Part shown: positions 12,265 through 25,007 of the stretch, one piece after another
Numbering within the stretch: the stretch's first letter is position 1
Layout of the letters: each line of letters opens with the position of its first letter
Assembly: GCF_021028975.2 (NCBI RefSeq)
Contig: NC_059429.1
Location: 59,024,001-59,088,000 of the forward strand
Direction: 5' to 3'
DNA: 64,000 nucleotides
Origin: Sphaerodactylus townsendi
Taxonomy: Eukaryota
Program-made: the position numbers and the translations under genes
Notes under the pieces: model-generated
The model's input: only the letters and a program-made list of their open reading frames with translations
Told to the model about the DNA's origin: nothing
Databases searched by the model: none

Positions 12265-13815
12265 CATTTTGCCAAAAAATATTGTTCACAGCTATTATTT
12301 TCTATACTAAAAATCAGCAACAGAAGCTCCGTTCTTGAACATATGAATTTTATATACACACGCTATATACAGAGATGCCTTTTGCAGTTTAACAGCATAA
12401 TCCAAGAGGGGGGGGGGGTGAAGCTGAAACCACTCAGGAAGTGGTGTGACCCCTGTGCCAGCATAACTGCCCATTGCACTGGTGCAGAGGCCCTTATTCT
12501 GGTGTTGGGGGATTGCAGGAGCCTATGTTGAAGGGGGCATTCCAGGAGCAGGGCTGGCTTTAGTCAGCCTCCTGTGCCCTTTTGGCCAGGGAACTTACGC
12601 CAGTAAAATCTGCGGTGTAGCCCATTGAGCTGCTTAGGTCACTTTAATGCGAGAAGGGGCAACATTGTTTTGGGCTTACTGTTGCTGGCAGAGCAAGACT
12701 CTTTGAAACAGAATTACACTGTTAAGTACTTTAAAGCAAATAAACTGTTTTCCATGTTAAGCCTTAGTTTTACAATGAATAAGAAGCTAACAATCCGTTG
12801 ATGACACTGCCCTGGAATCATATTCTTCATTCTTCCCTGCAATTTTCCAGCATTGGTTCAGTTGCATTATCTTTTTTGACCAGTGCAGTTGTCAATTTGA
12901 CCATTTTTTTTATTTTATTGATGATGGTGTATTTTGATATTTGTAATTATGTAAACATCAAACTTTCTAAAGGAATAGGGCATACAAGGAAACATTTCTT
13001 AAAAACTGGAAGATTTCTATGGTTGCCAGTTGAAACTCAATTTTAAATTACTGGCCTTGTTTTAAAATCTTAAAAGACCTGGGCTATGGTACTGAAGAAC
13101 CACATCCTCCACATGAGCCCACCCAATAATGAAGATTATGACTAGAACCTTTTTATTTGCATTTCTTCATTCACATAAGTGAGATGCGTATCCACCAAGG
13201 ACAGGGTCTTTTTTGTTGCAGCTCCTCATTTATAAAATGCCTTTCCCAGAACAGTTCATCCCAAATCTGATGGCTGCAACATTTCTTTTTACTTGCAGGC
13301 ATTTTGATCTCATATCCAGTGGTTCCTTACTATCAATATGCTCTTACATATGCCATTTTACACTTTTTAAAGTACAATTCTGGTTTTGATACTGCTGGTT
13401 TTTGTGTGGTTTTAATTTTTTTAACTGCTATTTACAATTATTAGGTGATTTATACTGATTTTATAGTTTACAATATTTAATGTTCATTGCCTTGGGAATC
13501 TATTGAAAAGTTGTATATTAATACATTAAATAATGGCTTCATGTATTTGAATCTCTAATTAAAATAATACCCAAAAGTGATTTACAATTAAACAAAATAA
13601 AATAATATCAAAATAAAAACCATCAATAATTAATACCAAATAGAATTTAAAATCAAAGAGGCTACCTAAAATAAACCAAGAATTTGGCAGTAGATGGAAT
13701 AAAACCATCACTGTTAAAACAACTCTGATTTTACAAACAGCCTGAGCAAATAAAATGTATCAATTTTTATGATCAGTTCAAAATATAACTAATGACTACA
13801 CAAGCACTTCAACTA

Positions 13816-14060
13816 CCCTGTTTCCCCGAAAATAAGACAGTGACTTATATTAATTTTTGCTCCCAAAGATGCGCTGTGTCTTATTTTCAGGGGATGTCTT
13901 ATTTTTCCACTCCACAGCTACATGCTCTGGTCAACGGGCATGCTTCCAAACAAAAACTTTGCTATGTCTTACTTTCGGGGGACGCTTTATATTTAGCACT
14001 TCCTCAAAACCTCTACTACATCTTATTTTCAGGAGGTGTCTTATTTTTGGGGAAACATTG
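13816..14060. mobile_element. Tc1/mariner (Tc2/pogo-like) MITE
   Basis: ta|CCCTGTTTCCCCGAAAATAAGACA ... TGTCTTATTTTTGGGGAAACATTG|ca: ~24-bp TIRs, TA on the left and CA (mutated TA) on the right, with internal gtcttattttcagg repeats. Confidence 0.8.
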
Positions 14061-14080
14061 CATCAGTGTGGTGAAATGAC

Positions 14081-14464
14081 TAGGGGTGCCAGCTCCATGT
14101 TGGGAAATACTTGGAGATTAGGGGGATAGAGGAGGGTGGGGTTTGTGGAAAAGGAAAGACTTTATTGAGGTTTAATGCTACCTCTAATGGTTAAGAGCAG
14201 TTGCAGTGGACTGTTATCTGGTGAACCAGATTAATTCCCCCCCCCCCCAACTTCATCCAGCTGGGTGACTTTGGGCTAGTCACAGTTTGTTCAGAACTTC
14301 AGAAGAAGGGAAAGGAGTTTGTAGGCTGCCTTTAGTCTCCTTACAGGAAGATAGGCAGGATATAAATCCAGACTCATTTTCCAAAGTGGCCATTTTGTTC
14401 AGGTGAACTGATCTCTGTCACCTGGAGATCAGCTGTAATCCCACAAGATATCCACGGTAACCAT
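14081..14464 (-). mobile_element. TAGGGTTGCCA-family MITE interrupted by a SINE
   Basis: taggggtgccagctcc...ggagatt at the start. It resumes at about 14379 (ttccaaagtggccattttgttcaggtgaactgatctctg) after a SINE. Confidence 0.6.
14186..14378 (+). mobile_element. tRNA/MIR-derived SINE (Squam3-like)
   Basis: tggttaagagcag head, ctgggtgactttgggctagtcacag core, gtctccttacagga...tataaatcca tail. Confidence 0.75.
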
Positions 14465-14656
14465 GGTAATGACTAGAGTATTAAACTAGGAGCTGCGAGG
14501 CCCAGGTTCAAATCCCAACTATGCCATGGTTACTTATTTACTTACAGGATTAAGTTTCAGTCTAACCTATTTCCCAGGCTAAACTGGGAAAGATAAGAAC
14601 AATGTAAGCCACCTTGGATCCTCACTGGGTACAAATGAAGTATATAAATAAATAAA
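14465..14656 (+). mobile_element. Old MIR-like SINE
   Basis: B-box-like ccaggttcaaatccc and an AAAT-repeat tail. Confidence 0.55.
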
Positions 14657-14816
14657 CATGACTAGAGACTATTAGAATTCTCCACATCACCATGTATAGG
14701 TACCCAAAGAGACCCACTTGATTATGAAGTTCAGTGCCATCTTATTCAGTCAGTAATACCTTTTTTCCCAGCTTGTTTCCAACATGTATCACGTGATGGA
14801 CCCTTTTAGAAAACCT

Positions 14817-14908
14817 ACAGTGGAATCCTAAACTGAGTTTCACCCTTCTAAACTCATTGACCCCCACAGATTTGGAATGGTGTAACCCTGCTTAGGATGG
14901 CATTGCAA
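14817..14908. mobile_element. ~90-bp palindromic MITE-like repeat
   Basis: cagtggaatcctaa...ttaggatggcattg is self-complementary. Related copies at 59181-59274 and 62406-62494. Confidence 0.6.
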
Positions 14909-15689
14909 GTTTGAAAAAAAAACTTGCACAAAAGGGGGGAGGGAAGCAATAGTAATCTGAATCTAGCCTTAGGCACAGAAAGAGACTCATTTGATGATCA
15001 AACAGCTAAATCTACTTTGAGCACTGTCAGCTTCCATCAAGGGTGCACAAAACACGCCGCTAAAGCAGCCAATGTTGTACAAAACCCTGCACTGAAAATC
15101 CATGATTACCTTGGTTTTTCCCATTCTCAGATTTTTGTGACAAATCTGGCTCTACTAGGCAGGCTGAAGGATAGGAAGGAAAGAAGATCCAGGCTGTCTT
15201 ATGCAGAAGTGTCTAGTTACTGACTGGGCCATTACAAGCTCCCACTGATACCCAAAAATCTCTGCTGAAGTGAGAATCATAACTCCCTTCACTGCTTGAT
15301 CACTGATTAAAGACAGTTAGATTTATGCTGTGCATACAAAGCAACACTATGCAGAAACATACAGACAGCAACTGTGAGCGGACAGCAAATGCAGTGAGTT
15401 ATACCAAATTAGCTGGGCTAGAAAAACCATCCTGCTAATGTTTCATGCTACTACCTATATGCCTCTATGGAAACCCTTTATTATCACTGCATGGTCTGCT
15501 GATAAATTGAAGATTTAAGGCCCTGCGGCAAGTATCATTGGTGATAGAGCAAACCTTCATAATGGGAGATGGTAGATGGGCTGTTGAGTCAGCTGCTGAT
15601 CTTGACTCCTGCAAGGCTTGGCTTGGGATTTGTGAGGGCAGCCAAGCCTCATGGGAGTTGAAGGATATGCCATCAAGGCAATGGACCAC

Positions 15690-16110
15690 TTAAATGTATT
15701 TATTTATAAGCATTTATACCTTGCCTCATGATAGCATCACTAGGTGGCTTACAGCAGTTAAAAATAATAAAACCACAAAAATCATCTATAAAATATAATT
15801 AAAACTACAATAAAAATAGCCTTAAAATAACCCCAATTCCAACTCTCCCACCCCACCCCACCTCCTAGACCAGAAGCTAAAGAGGAGGGTTTTCAGGGAG
15901 ACTAACCAAATGCCTGGGCAAAGAGGGAGGTCGTTGCCATGTGCCTAACCCATAAAGGGTAAGCACATGCTAAATCTTCAAGGGGAGACTATTCCAGAGG
16001 CAATCATGGAGAAAGCCCTCCCATGTGCACCTGTTCCCTGCCCCTCAGGTGGGGAAGGTTTCACCAGGAGTGCCCCCATCACCTGGGCGGGTACATACAG
16101 GCATGTTTTT
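15690..16110 (-). mobile_element. Decayed L2-clade LINE 3' end
   Basis: Reverse (TAAA)n tail with atttataccttgcc and the remnant gggagactattccag...gagaaagccctc typical of L2 3' ends. Confidence 0.5.
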
Positions 16111-17281
16111 ATGTTAAAAACTCTCAACCCCTGCCATCACTTGGTAGGGTAGTGGGGGGAAATGTGGGAGAAGATTCCACTATAGTAAAATCATAGGACA
16201 ATTACACACGAGGTATTTGCTGTGTGGTGGAGGTGAATGTCTGCCATGGCAAGATTTCTTATAAGAATGTATTTCTTCCAGCCCCACTTTAACTTTCCTT
16301 TCTATTTGTGGCAAGCAAATCTTCTTATGACATGATTTTATTTTTGCTTCGCTGCCAGAATGGGACAGATTTGCCAATGGGCACAGGTTTGCCCTGGATC
16401 TCTTCCCTTGGCCTGTCTAGTCTTACCCCCCCCACACACACACACACACACTCCCTCACGCTGCTTTGAACACTTCCCCCTCAGTCTCCTTCCTGCTGCC
16501 AACTACTTCCCACTTCTTGACCTGCCATATCATTTCTATTGTCCATGGTTTCACTGCTCCTGCATATCTTTAGATTTTTTAAAAAAATTAAGTAACCATA
16601 TTGATAGATCGATAAATTGATAACACTAAAAAAGTAAAGATAATAAGACTAGTCGATCAGTCCAAACATCTGATTTGCCCCTGCATTTGATCAACAAACT
16701 GGGATATCTCCAAGCTCATGGTTTTATACACAAGCAATCAGTGATTCCAGACTACACCAGGAAAATCCTGTTAGTCTTGATGCTTGTGTTCACAGCACAC
16801 TGAAAGACAGACAATCATGAACCTGGGGAGCAGTTCACATTGTCCTTTTGTGATTTTTCAGCTTGTATGCTGCCATTATTCCCCCCTCACATCCCATCAT
16901 AAATGATAATCAGTGTTCAGGCAAGGTGTACACATGTTGTATTCAAGACTTTTCTTTAATAGTTTACCTTTTTATGTTGATCTATTGATAGGTTACTATA
17001 GGTTGATATATCGATCTATTGATAAGATTAAAGATAAAAATTAAAGATTATATTAAAATTTAAGCACACATGCATGATAGAGAATCCATGAAACATCACC
17101 CCTTCCCCTGATCACAAGCAAAAAGCCAGCTGATGGGTATAAATGAAATATGCAAATAAAATTACATTCAGAGCAGTGGCATAGGCATGCACCCTTTGCA
17201 CAGTAAATGACTTTCAGAGATCTGCAAGACAATCCCATCCTTCAGTCTTGATGTAATTCATTTCAAAGAGCTTAGACTAAG

Positions 17282-17512
17282 CAGGGGTCCCCAACATTTT
17301 TGAGTCCGCAGGCACATTTGAAATTCTCAAACACATGGTGGATGCAGCACCAAAATGGTTCCCACAGGAGGCAGAACCAGGTGCAAAGTGATTGCCACAG
17401 CTTAATTTCAGTAACACAGTGCAAATTGTTGTGTTGTGATGGCAGATGCAGCCAAAGCAACATTAAAAAAAATCAGCAGAGCCAATCAAATCTCCAATAG
17501 CCATTCAGAAGG
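17282..17512 (+). mobile_element. hAT-Charlie-like non-autonomous element, left part
   Basis: CAGGGGTCCCCAAC Charlie-type terminus; homologous to 465-838. Confidence 0.6.
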
Positions 17513-17921
17513 TACATAATAAAGGCAAACATGCTCCAAAACAAAGACTCCCTGGCCAATTCTTTTTGAAGTTGCATAAACTTTGCTGTGTGTAATTGGC
17601 CATAGAGTTACAGAGGAATCCTAGAGTGTCACCACAATGCAATTACACCACTTCAAGGTTCATACTGCAAATGACACCGCACCACTGGAGAGACAGTTGT
17701 TTTTTCCCCTTATCACCCAGAGCCTCCCACTCACTGCCAGTGCTCTGATGCTGGTGAAGGGCCTTTACAGGGCAGGAATGTATGGAATATCTTGGGAGTG
17801 GCAACAGGTCACAGAGCTACCCTAGAGCCACCAGCATGGCCAATGAAACATCTGGGGGCTGCCAGCATGTAACAGAGTTATCCTAAAGTCTGCAGCATGG
17901 CAGTACACCAACCCTCTAAAC

Positions 17922-18057
17922 CATAGGTGTCAAACTCGCGGCCCACCAGATGTTATGGACTACAGTTCCCATCATCCCCCTGCCTGCATCAGGATGGCAG
18001 GGGATGATGGGGACTGTAGTCCATAACATCTGGGGGGCCACGAGTTTGACACCTGTG
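17922..18057. mobile_element. 136-bp palindromic hAT (Charlie-like) MITE
   Basis: Near-perfect hairpin CATAGGTGTCAAACTCG...CGAGTTTGACACCTGTG. Exact 8-bp TSD CTCTAAAC at 17914-17921 and 18058-18065. Confidence 0.93.
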
Positions 18058-18654
18058 CTCTAAACTGTGGAAGCCTGATCTACCACCCACAGGAAAAATC
18101 CTGCCAGTTAAAAGTAGTATCTCTGCCCTTAAAACATTAAAGGGTGATTGTTCTCTATAGAGATAGTTCTGAATTTCAAAGGGCTGAGGCATCACTCTCA
18201 GCTGTAGAGAATTCCCTGCTTCCTGTTGCAATTTTCCCAGTACATCTCATGATTCCAATGTTATCAGGTGCAACAACATCAGAATTATGAATCATGTCTG
18301 GAAGAGAGCAGCAGCATCCAATATTGCTGACCTGGAACCCTAAATATTGGGCATCTTATTTGGTCACCAATATCTGAGTATATACCTTAATGTTTACTTG
18401 AATTTATTTAAGACATTCATGTCACCCACCTTTCTTCTTGCTGAAGACAGCTTATACAAAATATAAATTTATAATAAAATATAGCATGTTACACCTATAA
18501 AAATAATTAATACAATAAGTACAAGTAATATTCATCCAGCTGTAATAAAAAATTAAGTCTATCAGCACAATAAAACAAGCCAATAAAATCTGCAGCACTG
18601 GGCTAAATGGGAAATATGTATGACTTAATATGTGGCAGATATTATATCATAACC

Positions 18655-19368
18655 TGCCATACTGTAACTCACTCTATGCTGGCCTACCTTTGTCTTTGAT
18701 CCAGAAATTAAAGCTTGTCCAGAATGATGCTGTGAGGTTGCTTACTGGGGCAGCCAATCGAGATAACATAACACCAGTTCTTAAAGAACTACAGTGGCGA
18801 CCAGTCGAGTTCCTGGTCATTTTCAGAGTATTTGTGTTAACCTTTAGGGCCTTAAGCAGTATTGGACCTGCATATCTTCAATACCGCATCTTTCCATATT
18901 GCCCTACAAGACCTCTCCACTCAGCGGAGGGGAACCTCCTAGTGGTCCCAGGCTCGAGAGATATCCAGCTGGCTTATTGAAGGGCCTTTTACGACCCTGG
19001 CTGCAGCCTGGTGGAACAGACGGGTTACAACATTGCCAAATGATGTTGGGGCCCTGTGGGAGCTGTGGCAATTCTGCAGGGCCTGTAAGACATGGCTGTT
19101 CCCCCAGGCCTTTCCCAACTAGCTAGTCATCTCTTTGGCACCTGGGGGGTGGGGGGGAGGTGGGGAAGATGGAAAGATGTATTTTTTATCATCCAGTTTT
19201 AATTTATTAATGTTGATGCCCAGTATTGCTAATTACTGGTTTTAATTATTTATTGTATGCTGTTTTAAAGTATTGATTGTTTTAATGTCAATGTTGTAAC
19301 CCGCCCTGAGACCTAAGGCGATAGGGCGGGGTATAAATTGGAATAAATAAATAAATAAATAAATAAAT
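18655..19368 (+). mobile_element. L2-clade LINE 3' portion
   Basis: YCNSLYAGLP...KLVQNDAVRLLTG...ITPVLKELQWRPV matches the L2 ORF2 C-terminus. 3' stem-loop ccgccct...agggcgg and (TAAA)n tail. Confidence 0.9.
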
Positions 19369-20980
19369 GACCAGTAACTCTGCCTATAAGAATGTCCATT
19401 CACAATTAGTTCTTTTAACTATTAAAACACTACCTTGTATTAGAATTCCAAGCATTTTCTCTCATGAAGCATACAGGAGATCTATGCTGATTTGCAACCA
19501 GTAATACTCAGGCATGTGAGTTCAAGAGTATAGCTTGTGTAAAAAAGTTTATTAAAGAGCAATCAAATACATACTCATGCACAATGAATATTATATTTTT
19601 ATTTGCTATGAACTCTGCTTGATCATATTCATAAATGCACTGGTATGGATTTGATATGTTTAGTCATCTTAATAACAGCTGAGAAAATACTGTGTATTAT
19701 GTTATAAGTGATCTTCCATAAATGGTACAAAGCCATCATTAAAAAAAAAAACCTCTTATCAACCCTGGATATGAATCTTTTAAAAGAAGATTTTATGAGA
19801 TATGAAAACATTCCATTTTCATTGTATTCTTTATAGGTTACCTTTGACCTGAGGGTTATTCATCGCCTGTTTCTGAAAGCAAACGTTTTAGAATCTATGC
19901 TACTTTTGAACTAACCATGAATACTACTAAAGCTTCTTAACTCATTTGCAGATGAATATCCTAAATTTGCTTTTTGCACATACCGGTAATCTGCATACAG
20001 GCTAAAGATATAAATTAAACAATGAAACTGCAGGTAAATACTTGGCAGGGACCTCTCCTATGAGCATTCCCTGAATACTGTTCTTAGAATAATGAAAGAA
20101 ATAAAATTACAGAATGGAATAGAAACATCAATGGAAACACATAAGTGACTGTATTCACATTAATTGATCTGGCTTTCAAATTTGATGTAATAAAAGCAAG
20201 TGACAGACCTAATTGTTTTTACAAATAAGACTGCATCAATTCATTCAGTATCTTTTATCTGACAAATATTATATATTCTAGTCTTGGAAGGCATTCCTGT
20301 TATACATCAACTTAATTCATTTTTAGATGTTTTCCTTGTGGTAGCAATCCTAACTTTTTTGCTGTTTGACTCAGATTGTTTTCTGTTTGATAATCTGAAT
20401 AGCTTTGCTTATTGTTAAGATAAGCATACATCAGTAATCACAATGAGATTATCTCAGTAAGTACAAAGAGGTACATAACATACCAATAGGAAAATGAAGT
20501 CCTCTCCTTGATACTTATGGACTCTTACTTCTGTACCAGACAAAGCACAAAGATGGAGTAGAGGGTTTTTAGGAAAAACCTTGCAAGGGCATAAGAAAAA
20601 CCCTGCTGGATCAGACCAGTGGTCCAACTCAAACAGCATAAAGTGTCACACAGTGGTCAGCCACCAATTAGGAGAGAGAGAAAAAGCTTCCTGTACCTCA
20701 TGCGTAATGTTTATAGATCTCTACTGTGCACCCCCTTAGTCATCTTTTTTTTCTGGACTGAAAAGTCCCAGACTCTTTAGCTTTTTTTCTTGCGAAAGGT
20801 GCTCCAGCCCCTTAATCTCCAGCATGGAGTTTACCTTTGTTCACACTGAGTTGACATTTTTTCAAACATTCCACTACCACCCCATGATCACTTTCAATTT
20901 CAGTCTCAGTCAGTTCAGACTCCAGTATTACATTAACCATTTCTTACATTCTTGGTTAGTCATCCAATTTAGAGATATCT

Positions 20981-21388
20981 CAGTGGTGAAGCCACCAGGG
21001 GACGGTGTGTGTGTGCCGTGCACCGGGCGCACGATTTTGGGTCACATAGGAGGTGCAAAATTCCCCCCAGACCCCTCCCCCTTCCCCCCATGGCCCCCCC
21101 CCCCCCCCGCGGTGCCACCCCACACTTACATTACAAACCAAGAAGCTGGAGAACAGGCTTCAAAGGCCCTGGTGGGAACTACATTTCCCAGGATCTCCTG
21201 GGAAATGTAGTTCCCACCAGGGCCTTTGAAGCCTGGAAGGGAACAGGCCTGTTCTACAGCCTGCTCGGTTTCTACAGTAAGTGTGAAAGGGCACTGTGGG
21301 GGGGGGGGCGCTGCGGGGGGGGGGGCGCCGGGAGGGCTGAAAAAGCCAGAGTGCACACCGGGCGCACTCTGGCCCAGCTACGCCTCTG
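20981..21388. mobile_element. hAT (Tip100-like) MITE with nested inverted repeats
   Basis: Termini CAGTGGTGAAGC / GCTACGCCTCTG. Exact 8-bp TSD AGATATCT at 20973-20980 and 21389-21396. Confidence 0.9.
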
Positions 21389-21808
21389 AGATATCTTCTT
21401 GTAAATCTTCACGAACCATCTTGGTATACATCCTGAATAATTTGATATAATCTAAAAACTTGGCTACTACATCACTAACCCCCAATTCCAAATTATTTAT
21501 GATCAAATTAAACAGTCCTGGTTCCAGTACTGATCCTTGTGGTTTCCCACTGCTCACTTACCTCCATTGTGAAAAATGTCCATTTATTCCTGTTCTCTGC
21601 TTCTTGTAATTTAACCAGCCCACAGATAAATCCATCATCTTATCCATAACTGTTTGGCTTATTCAGAAATCTTTGATGCTATAAGTGTTCTAAATCCTTT
21701 TGTAAAATCGAAGTATATAATGTCTATCAAATCACCTACAATCTAGTTAACAGACTTTAGAAGGTTAGTGAGGTAGGGCTTTTCTTTGCAGATGCTGGGA
21801 TGATTTTA

Positions 21809-22758
21809 TTTATCTGTCTGTCTATTTATTTTATTTTTACCCTGCCCATCCCCAGAAGGAGTTTAGGGCAGCAGCACAACAGCATAAAATAACATTTGAT
21901 AAAAACAACAATAAATGTCCTAAAAAATTATAAAACAATACAATCTAATATGGCTTAAAAACAACCAAGATAGTGACTTAAAAGCCCCAGAAGAAGTTCT
22001 CGCAAAGAGAGTCCCTGGGAGACCAATAAAGTTAATATTAGCCCGGCTGGCCTCCAGAAAAAGCCTGGCGGAATAGCTCCATCTTACAGGCCCTGCGGAA
22101 ACAGCTCAAGTCCCTCAGAGCCCTGTTCTTGTTCAGGAGTATATTCCACCAGGTGGGGGCCAGGACAAAATAGGCCCTGGCCCTTGTCAAAGCCAGCCAG
22201 ATATTTTTCAGGCCAGGGATAACCAGAAGGTTCTCTTCTGAAGAACGGAGGGACCTGATTGGGCAACATCGGGAAACGTGGTCCCTAATGTATGTAGGTC
22301 CAAGACCATTCACAGCCTTAAAGGTTAAAACCAATACCTTGAAAATAACCCAGTACTCGATAGGCAGCCAATGAAAATTGTATAGGACCTGTGCTATGTG
22401 GTTCCTGCTAGAGACCCCTGCTAGGAGCCTAGCGGCCGCATGTTCAACAAATTTTAATTTCCGGATTAGAGTCAAGGGCAGGTCCACGTAGAGCAAGTTA
22501 CAATAGTCCAATCTGAAGGTGACTGTTGCATGGATCTCTGAGGCCAGGTCAGAATGGGAGAGAGAAGGGTCCAACTGTCATGCCTGGCGAAGATGATAAA
22601 AAGCAGTTTAGCTGATTTTGGTGACCTGAGCTTCCAAAGAAATCCTGGAATCCAGGTCACCCCCAGACTACTAACTGACAAGGCCAGATGTAGCACAGGC
22701 AAATTAAAGTTGGCCAGCCTCTCCCCCTGACCCACCCACAGCACTTCCGTCTTTGCTG
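21809..22758 (-). mobile_element. L2-clade LINE, 5'-truncated
   Basis: ORF 22038-22574 encodes IHATVTFRLDYCNLLYVDLP...HWLPIEY...FKVLVLTFKA (L2 ORF2). Flanked by direct repeat GATTTTA at 21802-21808 and 22759-22765. Confidence 0.9.
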
Positions 22759-22829
22759 GATTTTACTTCAACAGGCTCAGTTCCTCAGCGTACTTAATAT
22801 GTCAGTATCAGAAATTTCTCTCCTTGTCT

Positions 22830-23452
22830 GGTCTTTGGCAAATGCGTCTGCTTAAGTGACTCTAAGCGCCAAGCTTTCCGCTATCGGCTTAGCGGAAACT
22901 TGGCGCTGGGTCGGCGCTTTCTTGCGCCGCACCGAAGATAACGTTGGAGACCGTCCCGCGACCGGCGACGTGTTTTGCCTGGAAGAGCAGCAGCCGGCGC
23001 TGCAGAGCTGGTAAGCTTGCACGACGCTCAAGCACTGTTAAGGTCCCTGGAGTCGGGACACTTCGGCTCGCCGACTCGCTCGAGGCCTGAGGGACAGGTC
23101 GCGCGTGTCCGTGGCACCTCGGCGACGACCTTGAGGCCCGAAGCCGGGCGCAGGTCAAGTGGTCCCTGGTATTCTCGGCGTATCTGCCGGAGCCCCGGAC
23201 ATAGGTGAGATGCCGGGTGGGGAGGCAGCATGGAAGCCGCTGCCTGCCCGTTCGCTTTCGGGTAGCGGCTTTAGCGTCCGGCGTGCTTCCCCAAAAAGAG
23301 CCGCTGGGAAGCGCTCTGGGGAAACGCCTTGACTTCAGGCTCGGGCCTGGCGTATGCAGTGATGATAGCTGGCAGCGACTCGCGTTGCCACGTTCTGCCC
23401 CCCGTGCGAATGGCAGCCTGGAGACGGTGTTTTTACCCGTGCGGAAACGGCC
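22830..23452. mobile_element. CpG-rich PIF/Harbinger-like non-autonomous element
   Basis: Right end CCCGTGCGGAAACGGCC, degenerate left end GGTCTTTGGCA, and 3-bp direct repeat TCT at 22827-22829 and 23453-23455. Confidence 0.5.
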
Positions 23453-23479
23453 TCTCAGTTTTGCCATGGGACTCCTTTT

Positions 23480-23960
23480 AAATAACTCAGACATTGTGCT
23501 CTTGGAAAAAATAGTAAAGTTTCTCTTACAAGTGATGGAACTGTGTAAGCAACATCTAATACTAGATACAGTTAATCTGTCACCACTTCTATATGGTGTG
23601 CTTTTATGGCTTGGACATTGGAATAAGGCAGTTGAAAGAGTTCAGGCAAGTTTTTTATATAAGATTTTTGAGGTTCCACACTGTGCTCCCTATGCTGTAC
23701 TCTGTCAGAAGCTGGTGTGAGCTTTTTTTTTTTTTAAACAGGCTTATTAATTTCAAATTCTGGCTCAGGCTGTGTTTCAACACTAACAAGAACACTTTGA
23801 TGTTCTCTGTGATACCAGAACTATTGTCTTCTGAACAGTGGCAACTTGTCAACACAAAAGTCCAGTTGTTGGGCCTGTTCCTTGAAGCCTTATATATTCT
23901 GCCATCTAATGAGATATTCAGCACCCTAAAAACAAGGCTTCTACATCATTATTAAAAATG
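23480..23960 (+). mobile_element. RTE-X-like LINE fragments
   Basis: LLYGVLLW...VERVQASFLYKIFEVPHCAPYAVLCQKL and FKFWLRL resemble the post-RT region of RTE-X LINEs. Confidence 0.55.
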
Positions 23961-25007
23961 CTTAAGATGCGTGACACATCACCTTAGTGATACCAGTCTC
24001 TATCTCGTACTCGTTCTGTATCTGATTTTAAACTCCTTTTATATTTCTTTTTTATTTACTCCACTTAATGCCTAATAAAGCTTTTGTTGTTGTACTTAAT
24101 AATTCCATGGTCAGTTTCTAATAATCTGTCAGAACAGACATTAGACTATCTGACCTGTAATTTCTTGAATTCCTTCTGGAATCTTTTTTTTAATTTTAGT
24201 GTGATATTTGCTACTTTCTATCCCTCCAGCATGGAGGCTAGTTTTTCAAGGATGTTACCTATACTCGTTAGTAGATCAAAAATTTTACATCTGAGTTCCC
24301 TATAAACCCTCAGGCCTATGCAGAGAACATCAAGTGCTCTTTACCTTTACACATGCACAGAAATACCACTGTACTATATTATGCCATTCCTAACACACTA
24401 GGACAACAATAAGTAACAATGACATCTCTCAGTTTTCTCACTGGATTAATATACTAGGAGGCTTGGTACAAGCAACAGAATATTCGAAGAGATCAGCTCT
24501 ATTCCACTATAAAACTATGATGATATATAAATTAGATTTGCGATGGGGAACAGAAAACATTCCTATATGTACCCTCCTATAAGGAACTGGTGGGATCAAG
24601 AGAAACACTCTAGTTAGATTACATGTGGTCAGGGTGGTTTTTTTTAAGGCAGGAGACAGAACAGGAAAGATGAGCTTCCTAACAGGCACTTCAAATTTTA
24701 TCTCTATTTTTTTCAGCATTTACTTTTCATTTGCTAATGTAGCTTTCTTAGAATATAATACAAGATGATTATCTTCATATTCCTCCCACTTGTTGAAATA
24801 TTTTGCCGTAAACTATCTCCTGATTTGACACAGTCAAAGTTGATCTGTGGTGTTAATATTATGAATATTGCTATGGACTACATTATTCTGCAATAGAATC
24901 TGACTTTCCTGTAATCCTGGGAGTGAGTCAGTCACCACTTGCTTAACCACAGATTAGTTTTCAATCTTTTTCAGAGGAAGTCCATTCAGGAGTTTTTACT
25001 TAAAAAG

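Larger units (their letters stand above)
20589..22829 (-). mobile_element. Old CR1 LINE interrupted by a hAT MITE and an L2
   Basis: cataagaa...gctggatcagaccagtggtcca is the reverse complement of the CR1 3' end at about 41415-41462. 21400-21808 and 22766-22800 align to the reverse complement of the CR1 RT region at about 39960-40400. Confidence 0.75.

Noticed and set aside
22889-23494. 201-aa ORF (and overlapping 171-aa ORF) as a novel gene
   Set aside because: Low-complexity Arg/Ala/Pro/Ser content from a GC-rich repeat; the plus-strand ORF runs into an RTE-X fragment.
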